In this document: positions 40,219 to 49,173 of the stretch, piece by piece | Layout of the letters: each line of letters opens with the position of its first letter | Numbering within the stretch: position 1 is the first letter of the stretch | Source: Sulfuriflexus sp. | GTDB lineage: Bacteria; Pseudomonadota; Gammaproteobacteria; AKS1 | Assembly: GCA_023134145.1 (NCBI GenBank) | Contig: JAGLUW010000017.1 | Location: 43,136 to 107,135, forward strand | Direction of reading: 5' to 3' | DNA length: 64,000 nucleotides | The notes under the pieces: generated by a model | Told to the model about the DNA's origin: nothing | Databases searched by the model: none | What the model saw: the letters and a program-made list of their open reading frames with translations, nothing else | Translations under genes and position numbers: made by a program

Positions 40219-41514
40219 TTGAATAAGAAAAACAAAAAGGCTGGCTATTTGTCAGCCTTTTTTTATAGCCTGCTTAGTTTGATCTTATGGTTGTTTAGCC
40301 AGGGTATGGCTATTGCAATAGAGATAGAAGAACTAGAAGTACCCGTTAATGATCAGGAACTTTTTGTAACGCGTTATCCTGCGAGTGGTCAGCAGCTTAT
40401 TATATGGGTTGCACCAGGTTATGGTTCACACCAACGCAGTGCTGAAATTTCAAAACAGCTTGTTAAACGTGGCGTAGAAGTTTGGCATGTTGATCTGGCC
40501 GATAGTTTATTTTTACCTAAAAACACTAGCACCATGCGTTCGATTAAAGGTAGTTATATTGCAGGGTTAATTGATGCGGCCTATAAAGCCACGGGCAAGA
40601 CAATTACCTTATTAACGCGCTCCTATGGTGCGTTACCTTTATTACGTGGCGCAAGAGCTTGGCAGCAACGTCATCTAGATGATGGCGCGAGTTATCTTAA
40701 TGGTGCGATTTTGTTTTCACCTGAAATGTACGAGACGATTCCTGCTCTAGGTCTACCGCCGATATACGCAGACATTACTTACGCAAGCAATATTCCTATC
40801 ATGTTATATCAAGCAGGGAATCGCAGTAATCGTTGGCAATTAGAAGGTTTATTGAAAAATCTGGAGAAGGGCGGCGCACCCGTCTTTGTTCGCTTCAAAC
40901 AAGGTGTAACAGGGTTGTTTTATCTTGGCGACACATCTACCGCGACAAAATTAATGTTGGCGCGTATTCCTGACGAATTGACGAGTGATCTTGTCTTACT
41001 TAATAAATTGCCGGTGCCAACGGATGCGGCGAAATTGCTAGAAGATATTCGGGTTAAGAGTCATGGTCTAGATTCAAAACTAAAATTATTTAAAGGTGAG
41101 TCGTTACCATTACCATTGGATCTCATGAGTGCAACAGGTACGCGTTTTATTCGCGATGACTATAAAGGCAAAGTGACCTTAGTTAATTTCTGGGCAAGTT
41201 GGTGCCCACCTTGTGTTGAAGAGATTCCTTCATTAAATAATTTGCGTCAAACAATGCAAGGAAAACCCTTTGAACTTATTTCGGTGAATTATGCAGAGGA
41301 TAAGCAGCGAGTTGAGGAATTCTTAAAACGAGTGGATGTCGATTTCCCTGTGTTACTTGATGAAACGGGGCGAGTCTCCGCTGATTGGAATGTACTTGTT
41401 TATCCCTCGACATTCGTTATCTCACCTAATGGCAAGATCACGCATGGTGTGAATGGGGCTATTTTGTGGGATAGTCCTGAGGTGGTTAATCAACTTAATG
41501 AGTTACTGAAATAG
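40219..41514 (+). CDS. Exported alpha/beta-hydrolase-like domain fused to TlpA thioredoxin
   Basis: Signal peptide; TRSYGA elbow-like motif; C-terminal NFWASWCPPC..E.P and YPST. Confidence 0.8.
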   Translation: MNKKNKKAGYLSAFFYSLLSLILWLFSQGMAIAIEIEELEVPVNDQELFVTRYPASGQQLIIWVAPGYGSHQRSAEISKQLVKRGVEVWHVDLADSLFLPKNTSTMRSIKGSYIAGLIDAAYKATGKTITLLTRSYGALPLLRGARAWQQRHLDDGASYLNGAILFSPEMYETIPALGLPPIYADITYASNIPIMLYQAGNRSNRWQLEGLLKNLEKGGAPVFVRFKQGVTGLFYLGDTSTATKLMLARIPDELTSDLVLLNKLPVPTDAAKLLEDIRVKSHGLDSKLKLFKGESLPLPLDLMSATGTRFIRDDYKGKVTLVNFWASWCPPCVEEIPSLNNLRQTMQGKPFELISVNYAEDKQRVEEFLKRVDVDFPVLLDETGRVSADWNVLVYPSTFVISPNGKITHGVNGAILWDSPEVVNQLNELLK

Positions 41515-41753
41515 CGTAACATTTAGACACATTTCTTTAGAAAAGCATGGCTTCATTTCAACATAACAATAATAACGCTAAGGTTTAGTTTTAGCCTTGG
41601 CTGAATTTCCCCTTTAGATTTAGCCTATATAATTATTTTCACGTTCTCCCTTTGGTTTTTCAAATATTGGCCGTTATTAAATACTCAGGCTGCGTGGTGG
41701 GCAGCTAAATTATGAACCGATGAAATCAATGGGGTTAGTGAATGTAAATTCGA

Positions 41754-41918
41754 ATGAATGAAATGCAAGCGTTAATTGATCGCAGGGATGAAGTTGTTGC
41801 AAGGCTGGAAGCTATTGAAAGAGAACCCGCGGTGGAATTGAGTTTAAAAGATGTCGTCGCGGAATTGTCGAATCAGGCGGCATCTGAAGAAGCTTTTACT
41901 CTTAGTGTAGAGAAATAA
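41754..41918 (+). pseudogene. Degenerate paralog of the 42333-42551 gene (54-codon ORF)
   Basis: MQALIDRRDEVVARLEAIERE vs MQELLSRRDELVARLESIEKD; RGGIE (cf. RGGLD) appears only after a frameshift. Confidence 0.6.
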
Positions 41919-42017
41919 GGTTTCAGTACTAAATTAGTTTTTCGAGCAGCAGGCTTAGGCTTGCTGTTCTCGTTTCTGGCGTTATTTTCCTAAAAAACCT
42001 CAAAATATTGTTATTAC

Positions 42018-42031
42018 TTGATCCTGCTCAA
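42018..42031 (+). promoter_or_regulatory. FNR/Anr-type box
   Basis: TTGAT-cctg-CTCAA (9/10 match), with TAGACT -10 at 42054 consistent with class II spacing. Confidence 0.65.
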
Positions 42032-42084
42032 GGAATCCTTGTTGGTGTGCATCTAGACTAAGGTCGTAATAGATATGTTGGGTA

Positions 42085-42327
42085 GTGAAAATGTTAGTTG
42101 AGCATTATCTGGTAGATGAAATGCCAGAATATCGAGATAAAATTCATCAACTTAAACAGGTTAACCATAGTTTTACTGAATTGTATAACGAGTATGTTGA
42201 AGTCGACAACACAATTCATCGTATTGAAGAACGTGTTGAAACCGAGCTTGATGATTACACTGAAACATTAAAAACACAGAGAGTATTGTTGAAGGATCAG
42301 CTTTATGACATGTTAAAAATGGCGTAA
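42085..42327 (+). CDS. YdcH / DUF465 family protein
   Basis: H.L..E.PEY...IH.LK....F..L...Y...D..I...E, LK..R..LKDQLY. Confidence 0.85.
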   Translation: MKMLVEHYLVDEMPEYRDKIHQLKQVNHSFTELYNEYVEVDNTIHRIEERVETELDDYTETLKTQRVLLKDQLYDMLKMA

Positions 42328-42332
42328 GAGAA

Positions 42333-42551
42333 ATGATGGTACGAACAGATAAGATGCAAGAACTATTAAGTCGGCGTGATGAGCTTGTTGCTAGATTAGA
42401 ATCGATTGAAAAAGACTATCGTGGTGGTTTAGATGCAAATTCGAAAGAACGTGCGGTGCAGTTAGAGAATGCTGAAGTGCTTGACGGCATAGCTAGAGCG
42501 GCAGCTGATGAACTAGATCAGGTTGAAGATAGGCTCACACATTTTGCATAA
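42333..42551 (+). CDS. DksA/TraR-like coiled-coil protein lacking the zinc finger
   Basis: LLSRRDEL.ARL..IE...LDANSKERAVQLENAEVL.......EL..V...L; no CxxC. Confidence 0.6.
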   Translation: MMVRTDKMQELLSRRDELVARLESIEKDYRGGLDANSKERAVQLENAEVLDGIARAAADELDQVEDRLTHFA

Positions 42552-42553
42552 AT

Positions 42554-42579
42554 AAAAAAGGCCCGCATAAGCGAGCCTT
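42554..42579 (-). terminator. Intrinsic terminator after fusA
   Basis: Plus strand A6-GGCCCGC-ataa-GCGAGCC-TT. Confidence 0.7.
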
Positions 42580-42601
42580 CCTATATAGAAGCGCTGCGAA
42601 T

Positions 42602-44686
42602 TTACTTCTTCGCGTTGCGCTCCTGAGCTTCCTTAATAACCACTTCAGCTACATTCTTAGGACAAGGCATGTAGTGCAAGAATTCCATTGAGAACTGACC
42701 ACGACCTGAAGTCATAGTACGTAAGTCACCAATGTAGCCAAACATTTCCGAAAGTGGACATTCAGCTTTAATACGAACACCTGTTGGACCGGCTTCTTGA
42801 TCCTTGATCATGCCACGACGACGGTTCAAATCACCAATCACATCACCAACATGATCATCAGGTGTGAACACATCAACCTTCATGATAGGTTCCATTAGCT
42901 GAGGACCTGCTTTTGGCATGGTTTGACGGTAAGCACCCTTAGCTGCAATTTCATAGGCAATCGCAGAGGAGTCAACTGCGTGGAAAGCACCGTCAGTTAG
43001 GGTTACTTTGAAGTCCAAACATGGGTAGCCAGCAAGTACGCCTTTATCCATGCTCATCTTGAAGCCTTTTTCTACAGCAGGCCAGAATTCACGAGGTACA
43101 TTACCACCGGTTACTTTTGATTCGAATTCGTAGCCAGTGCCAGGTTCACCTGGAGAGATAGTGTATTCGATCTTCGCGAACTGACCAGAACCACCAGATT
43201 GTTTCTTATGCGTGTAGCTGTCTTCGGTTACTTGAGTGATTGTTTCGCGGTAAGCAACTTGTGGTTTACCAACTTCAACTTCAACACCGTGAGTACGCTT
43301 GAGGATATCAACCTTAATATCAAGGTGAAGCTCGCCCATACCCTTAAGAATAGTTTCGCCACTTTCTTCATCAGTTTCAACGCGGAAAGAAGGATCTTCT
43401 TTAACCATCTTACCAATCGCAATACCCATCTTTTCAGAAGCGGCTTTGTCTTTTGGTGAAACAGCAATTGAGATGACGGGATCTGGGAAGACCATTGGCT
43501 CAAGTGTGCCAGGGTGCTTCGGATCACAAAGTGTATGACCTGTTTGAACATTCTTCATACCAATAAAGGCAATAATGTCACCGGCTTGACAGCCATCTAA
43601 TTCTTTACGGTCATCTGCTTCCATTTCGACGATACGGCCAATACGTTCTGTTTTACCTGTGAAGGTATTTAGTACGCTGTCGCCTTTCTTTAATGTGCCA
43701 GAGTAAACACGTACGAAGGTGAGTGCACCAAAACGGTCATCCATAATTTTGAATGCCAGTGCGCGGAATGGTTCGTTTGCATCAACTGTTGCAACTTCGC
43801 CTGTTTCTTCGCCTTCATCATCCGTAATTGGCTGAGGAATAACTTCGGTTGGATCAGGTAGGTAATCAACAACCGCATCCAACATAGGCTGAATGCCCTT
43901 GTTCTTGAATGCTGAACCACAGTAAGTAGGGAAGAAGTCCAGAGCAATAGTACCTTTACGGATACAACGCTTGATGTCTTCCATAGAAGGTTCTTCACCT
44001 TCTAAGTAGGCTTCCATGATGTCATCATCTTGTTCAACAGCCATTTCAATTAACTTTTCACGCCACTCTTCAACTTTGTCGGCCATGTCAGCTGGAACAT
44101 CTTCAATAGAGTAATTTTCTGGTTGGCCAGAATCATCCCACACCCATGCTTTACGAGTAAGCAGATCCACAACACCGCTGAACTGATCTTCGGTACCGAT
44201 AGGCAGAACCATAACCAATGGGTTGGCAGCAAGAACGTTTTCAACTTGATCTGTAACGCGATAAAAATCGGCACCGACACGGTCCATTTTGTTAACGAAG
44301 ATAACGCGTGCAACGCCAGATTCGTTAGCGTAACGCCAGTTCGTTTCAGATTGTGGTTCAACACCACCAGAGGCACAGAATACACCAACACCACCATCGA
44401 GTACTTTCAGTGAACGATATACTTCAATAGTGAAATCAACGTGACCCGGTGTATCGATAATGTTGAAGCGGTGATCATCCCATGTACAAGAGATAGCAGC
44501 AGACTGAATCGTAATACCGCGCTCAGCTTCTTGTTCCATGAAATCGGTAGTCGCTTCACCGTCATGTACTTCACCGGTTTTATGAATCGTACCCGTGAGT
44601 TTAAGAATTCGTTCAGTGGTAGTTGTTTTGCCCGCATCTACGTGGGCGAAAATACCAATGTTTCTGTATTTGCTTAAATCTGCCAT
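42602..44686 (-). CDS. fusA: Elongation factor G (stand-alone copy)
   Basis: [44 protein letters not shown]; no rpsL/rpsG/tuf neighbours. Confidence 0.96.
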   Translation of the reverse strand: MADLSKYRNIGIFAHVDAGKTTTTERILKLTGTIHKTGEVHDGEATTDFMEQEAERGITIQSAAISCTWDDHRFNIIDTPGHVDFTIEVYRSLKVLDGGVGVFCASGGVEPQSETNWRYANESGVARVIFVNKMDRVGADFYRVTDQVENVLAANPLVMVLPIGTEDQFSGVVDLLTRKAWVWDDSGQPENYSIEDVPADMADKVEEWREKLIEMAVEQDDDIMEAYLEGEEPSMEDIKRCIRKGTIALDFFPTYCGSAFKNKGIQPMLDAVVDYLPDPTEVIPQPITDDEGEETGEVATVDANEPFRALAFKIMDDRFGALTFVRVYSGTLKKGDSVLNTFTGKTERIGRIVEMEADDRKELDGCQAGDIIAFIGMKNVQTGHTLCDPKHPGTLEPMVFPDPVISIAVSPKDKAASEKMGIAIGKMVKEDPSFRVETDEESGETILKGMGELHLDIKVDILKRTHGVEVEVGKPQVAYRETITQVTEDSYTHKKQSGGSGQFAKIEYTISPGEPGTGYEFESKVTGGNVPREFWPAVEKGFKMSMDKGVLAGYPCLDFKVTLTDGAFHAVDSSAIAYEIAAKGAYRQTMPKAGPQLMEPIMKVDVFTPDDHVGDVIGDLNRRRGMIKDQEAGPTGVRIKAECPLSEMFGYIGDLRTMTSGRGQFSMEFLHYMPCPKNVAEVVIKEAQERNAKK

Positions 44687-44927
44687 AACTCTGCTCTGTC
44701 TAGTTAATTAATTAACGAATGCCGCTAGTTGCGTGGCTGCGGCTGGCACCATAATTAAGACCGCCGACTTCTCTCAGAAATCGGCGGCGACGCATTATAG
44801 CTAAAAGAGAGGCTGATGGGTACGGAAAATCATCGTTTTAGGTAGTTATTGGCTCATAGCCGGTCAATAAGTCGGAAAAAGACTAGATATTGGGTGGGAA
44901 TAGGGGCTGGATGATGCCTATTCGAGC

Positions 44928-45629
44928 TTAATATGACTGTTTACTAGCTGCGTAGTCATTAACCAATTGGTCGATAGCACCTTGCTCGAATTCACGTAGG
45001 CCACTCATAACCATGGTTTTTTCACCAGAACCGACGATTTTGCCATTGTCTGACACGGCGAACTTGAGAGTCACATTACCGCGTTTACCTTGAATATCGA
45101 GTTTTGACTCAGTGAGAGTCAGTTCAGGATTGCTAATATCAAGCTCATCTATATTAATGGTCATACTTTCGTAAATAACCAAAGGTCGAGCCGGATTAAT
45201 CATGACATTGTGCTTCGCCATCAGCGGTACAAGAATATGCGGGAAGGTTTGTCCAGAAAACTCTACATAACGACGGCTGAGATTGTCGGACACATCAGGG
45301 TTCGCGTTGTTATCACCACTGTGCGCGATGCTGAGGTAAGATTTGTCGGCAACATCTTTAATAACAATTTCATCATCGGTCATTTCAGGGAATATTAGCT
45401 CAACACCATCACCGACCATGCCTGAAAAGGTGAAATGCATGTGCTGGCTGACGCCATATTTATTCAAGACGAGAGAAAATAACAAATCACCCGGCACACA
45501 AAAACGCTTGGCATCAACATCATGGATCGGGTTGAAATCGCCAGCGATAGATTTGGCAAAGTCACTTGCCTGCTCACGAGAGACCTGAATAGTTTGCCCT
45601 TGTTGAGTGTGAAATTTATCTAAAAACAT
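44928..45629 (-). CDS. DUF3581 family protein (hotdog-fold-like)
   Basis: QASDFAK.IAGDFNPIHD...KRFCVPGDLLF, NPARPLVIYESM. Confidence 0.82.
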   Translation of the reverse strand: MFLDKFHTQQGQTIQVSREQASDFAKSIAGDFNPIHDVDAKRFCVPGDLLFSLVLNKYGVSQHMHFTFSGMVGDGVELIFPEMTDDEIVIKDVADKSYLSIAHSGDNNANPDVSDNLSRRYVEFSGQTFPHILVPLMAKHNVMINPARPLVIYESMTINIDELDISNPELTLTESKLDIQGKRGNVTLKFAVSDNGKIVGSGEKTMVMSGLREFEQGAIDQLVNDYAASKQSY

Positions 45630-45729
45630 GATGCCTACCGATTGCGACTATTTTAAAGGGCTTATCTTAGCAAATATTATAAGATGACTGTATTGTTATA
45701 TGGTTATTATAGTTACATAGGGATTGAAA

Positions 45730-46641
45730 ATGGCTTCTGGTACAAAAACAGTCATCTTTGCCGCTTTGATCGGTAATGCACTGATTGCGGTAACAAAGTT
45801 TATTGCAGCATCGATTACGGGTAGTTCGGCGATGTTGTCAGAAGGCATTCATTCCCTTGTTGATACGGGTAATCAATTGCTGTTGTTGTATGGCTTGAAG
45901 CGTGCGGCAAAACCGGCAGATGAAGATTTCCCTTTTGGTCATGGCAAAGAAATCTATTTTTGGAGTTTCATTGTTGCAATGCTGATTTTTGCATTGGGCG
46001 GTGGTATTTCCATCTATCAAGGTATTCATCATCTTCAAAACCCATTACCGATAACGGACCCATTAATAAATTACATCGTGCTGGGGTTGGCAATGTTATT
46101 TGAAGGTGCTGCTTGGTTGTTTGCACTGCGTGAATTTAAACAGAGCAAAGGCAAGTGGGGGTATATTGAAGCGATTCAACGCGCTAAAGATCCTTCTGTT
46201 TTTGTTATTTTGTTTGAGGATTCGGCGGCGATGTTAGGTTTGGTTGTTGCCTTTGTCGGAGTCGCATTAGCGGAATATACAGGTAATCTTTATTTTGATG
46301 GCGCAGCATCAATCATCATCGGTTGTATTTTAATTGGTACAGCAATTTGGTTGGCACGGGAAACGAAAAGTCTATTGATTGGTGAAAGCGCTAATAAGGC
46401 AACCGTGCAAGGTATTCGAATTATCCTAAATGCGAATCCAATTGTTGAGCATGTTAACGAAGTTTTAACGGTGCACATGGGGCCTGATTTTATTCTTGCC
46501 AATATTAGTATCGACTTTGTCGATCACAGTAGTGCCGATGAAATTGAAACGGTTGTTGCCCAGATGGATACGCGAATTAAAGAACGATTCCCGCAAATCA
46601 AACGTATCTTTATTGAAGCAGAGAAGCGCAGCATTGAGTGA
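45730..46641 (+). CDS. Cation diffusion facilitator transporter
   Basis: SEGIHSLVD, FPFGHGKE, FED.AA, D..ASI.IG, C-terminal dimerisation domain. Confidence 0.92.
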   Translation: MASGTKTVIFAALIGNALIAVTKFIAASITGSSAMLSEGIHSLVDTGNQLLLLYGLKRAAKPADEDFPFGHGKEIYFWSFIVAMLIFALGGGISIYQGIHHLQNPLPITDPLINYIVLGLAMLFEGAAWLFALREFKQSKGKWGYIEAIQRAKDPSVFVILFEDSAAMLGLVVAFVGVALAEYTGNLYFDGAASIIIGCILIGTAIWLARETKSLLIGESANKATVQGIRIILNANPIVEHVNEVLTVHMGPDFILANISIDFVDHSSADEIETVVAQMDTRIKERFPQIKRIFIEAEKRSIE

Positions 46642-47152
46642 CCGTTTAAAGATAGGTATTAGCAGTTGTCTCTTAGGCAATGAAGTTCGTTACGACGGTG
46701 GACATAGTCGCAATGACACTATTATTGAGTCAATGAGTGGTTTATTTGAATTGATTCCCTTTTGCCCTGAAGTAGCCATTGGTTTAAGCATTCCTAGACT
46801 ACCAATTAATCTTGTTTCTATTAATGGGGAAATACGTGTGCGTGGTGTTAGCGATACGAGTCATGATGTGACAGATGCTTTGAATCATTATGCAGTATCT
46901 ATTACAGATCAGCTTGATGTGATGTGTGGTTATATTTTTAAAAGCAGATCGCCGAGTTGCGGATTAGCGGATGTGAATGTTTATGGCAGCAGAACAAATA
47001 AGGTGGTTGGTGTGTCAGGCGGGCAGTTTGCGAGAATAATTACTCAAAAGTATCCTAAGTTACCGACAGAGGATGAAATGCGCTTGTCGAATAAAGCAAT
47101 ACGCGATAATTTTATTCAACGTATGTTAGTTTACTCGAAGAAAAATAATTAA
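46634..47152 (+). CDS. DUF523 / 2-thiouracil desulfurase family protein
   Basis: GISSCLLG..VRYDG, CPE, KSRSPSCG; start re-called at TTG 46634 because the ORF-track start overlaps the CDF gene. Confidence 0.88.
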   Translation: MSDRLKIGISSCLLGNEVRYDGGHSRNDTIIESMSGLFELIPFCPEVAIGLSIPRLPINLVSINGEIRVRGVSDTSHDVTDALNHYAVSITDQLDVMCGYIFKSRSPSCGLADVNVYGSRTNKVVGVSGGQFARIITQKYPKLPTEDEMRLSNKAIRDNFIQRMLVYSKKNN

Positions 47153-47166
47153 AAACAGGATTGAGT

Positions 47167-47838
47167 ATGTGTTTTTCAGCGGAGGCTAGTTTTGTAACGG
47201 CGGCAGTGCTTATTCCCGTTGGTTTGGCGTGTCTCAAAGAATCTATCAGTATCAATAAATCTTATTGGGCATTTGCCTTGTTGCCATTTTTATTTGGTTT
47301 TCAGCAAGTTCTGGAAGGGGTGGTGTGGCTAACATTAGATGGCAGGTATGAGTATTTATTGAGGCCTGCGGCATTTGGGTTTTTATTTTTCTCGCATTTT
47401 CTCTGGTTGTTATGGATTCCATTGAGCGGATTTTTGACGGAAACAAATAAGTCTAAAAGAAAACTTTTCTTTGTAGTGACAGTTGTTGGTATGTTGTTTG
47501 GTGGAACAATGTTTATACCGCTTTTATTGCAACCGGACTGGGTATCTGTTTCGGTTCAACAGCATTCTATCTACTATGATGTGCGGATTATTTATGATGC
47601 TTTATTGCCGCGCGATGTGTTAACGCTTATCTATGCCCTGATTATTCTTGTGCCGCTATTGTTATCGTCAGATCGGTATCACAAAGTACTCGGCGTGCTT
47701 GTGACTGTCTCAGGTTTATTGACCTGGGGATTCTTCGGTTTGGCATTTATTTCTGTGTGGTGTTTCTTTGCGGCGGTCATTTCATCCTATATCTTTTATC
47801 AGGTGGTGCTGACAAAGCATAAGTTACCATCAAACTAA
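47167..47838 (+). CDS. DUF6629-like membrane protein
   Basis: MCFSAEASF, P.LFG.QQ..EG..W, F.SVWCFFAA. Confidence 0.8.
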   Translation: MCFSAEASFVTAAVLIPVGLACLKESISINKSYWAFALLPFLFGFQQVLEGVVWLTLDGRYEYLLRPAAFGFLFFSHFLWLLWIPLSGFLTETNKSKRKLFFVVTVVGMLFGGTMFIPLLLQPDWVSVSVQQHSIYYDVRIIYDALLPRDVLTLIYALIILVPLLLSSDRYHKVLGVLVTVSGLLTWGFFGLAFISVWCFFAAVISSYIFYQVVLTKHKLPSN

Positions 47839-47858
47839 CAGCTAATGAGCCAAGCTTT

Positions 47859-48653
47859 TTAGCTTGGCGAGTCCATCGTTTGTTCTTTATTATAATTTTC
47901 GAGATTATTGCCTGATAATTTCCCATCTGAGATGGTTTGCTGCCATTTTTTTATGGCTTGTCTATAATTTTCGGGAGAAAGATAAATAGTTATTTTTAAA
48001 TTAGCATTAACAATTTTTTGTTCATTAGTATAGGACAGAGATGAAAGCCTTGTTAGGCAGCTTGCACAATCTTTGCTAAGTCTTTCGATATACTCGGGAA
48101 GCTTATTTTCGGGTATATTTATATTAATACTGAGCAATAAATCTGAAAAGTCGCTGTCTTTTAATATAGCCATATTGTAAAAGACATTTTCAAGATTAAG
48201 GTCTCGAGTTGATGATGCCAATGCTTCAAGAACAGCCTCTGGTTTTTCAAAAACCATTAAGTGTGACTTGTTATCTTCGTTAAATTTTATTAACCGTTTC
48301 GTAACAGATTCCTTGCTGATACATTCCTGCCATTGAGCAGTTTGTTGGGCTGTGGGGTTTTGGGTTTCTTTTTTGAGTGTGGTTAAGCATGAATGCTGGT
48401 TCCCCATAGCCGTATCAAGCTCTGCTTGTAGTGAGGCATAGTCAATAGATTTACGGACTTTTTCTTTATATATTATTTGCATTTTTTCTAGTTTAGATTG
48501 TTTCCACTCATATGGCTTAACTGTGGTTTTGTTAAACGTGTAAATGCCAATGGCCACGGAAGCGACGATTGCCATAAGGTAAAAAACAACCAATCTTTCA
48601 CCTCTTAGTGGCGATATTATCAATGAAAACCGAAATCCTTGTTTTTTTCTCAT
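47859..48653 (-). CDS. Bitopic membrane protein, PilO/GspM-like architecture
   Basis: Single N-terminal TM, helical region, C-terminal alpha/beta pattern; start overlaps upstream stop (ATGA). Confidence 0.55.
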   Translation of the reverse strand: MRKKQGFRFSLIISPLRGERLVVFYLMAIVASVAIGIYTFNKTTVKPYEWKQSKLEKMQIIYKEKVRKSIDYASLQAELDTAMGNQHSCLTTLKKETQNPTAQQTAQWQECISKESVTKRLIKFNEDNKSHLMVFEKPEAVLEALASSTRDLNLENVFYNMAILKDSDFSDLLLSININIPENKLPEYIERLSKDCASCLTRLSSLSYTNEQKIVNANLKITIYLSPENYRQAIKKWQQTISDGKLSGNNLENYNKEQTMDSPS

Positions 48654-49168
48654 TCTATGCCTCCTATGCTATTAACTAGGAATAGGCTTAAGATAATCTG
48701 CTTGTCATCAGATATATTCGTAATAGTCACTCTGTCTACAACAGGGTGTTTTTCAATTTTTTCAACTAAAGAGTATAAAAGTGAGGGATTCATTGCTTGT
48801 ATGGTAATAACAAGTGTCGATTTTTCATCAGTTTGTATGGATATTAACGGGTTGCTGGTTCTACTTATTTCCAGAAGCCGTATTAAAATATCATTGAATG
48901 ATTCATTGATTTGTCCAAGCTTGGACTTAAGACCTACGTTATCATTATAACGTCTAATATCTTTTTCATAGCGGTTACGCTGTAGCAGTTTTTGATCTAC
49001 TTCTTTTAATTTCTGTTCAACCACAGATATTTTTTCGTCAATCTCAGTAAGCTCAGGTTGATAAATCAGCGTGGTAAGTGCATATATGACAGATGCTATA
49101 AATGCAGTTAGCATAACAATCCCGAAAGGGTACCTTAGAATCTTTTTTGAAAACAAATTTTTTATCAT
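48650..49168 (-). CDS. Bitopic membrane protein, PilN/PilO-like architecture
   Basis: TM (aa about 15-35), coiled coil, ferredoxin-like pattern LVITIQA...LYSLVEKIEKHP.V..V.I; starts 5 bp after the large gene. Confidence 0.6.
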   Translation of the reverse strand: MIKNLFSKKILRYPFGIVMLTAFIASVIYALTTLIYQPELTEIDEKISVVEQKLKEVDQKLLQRNRYEKDIRRYNDNVGLKSKLGQINESFNDILIRLLEISRTSNPLISIQTDEKSTLVITIQAMNPSLLYSLVEKIEKHPVVDRVTITNISDDKQIILSLFLVNSIGGIE

Positions 49169-49173
49169 GGCTT

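Noticed and set aside
42602-44686. Stand-alone fusA as a novelty
   Set aside because: Second EF-G copies outside the str operon are common, and the GTPase motifs are canonical.
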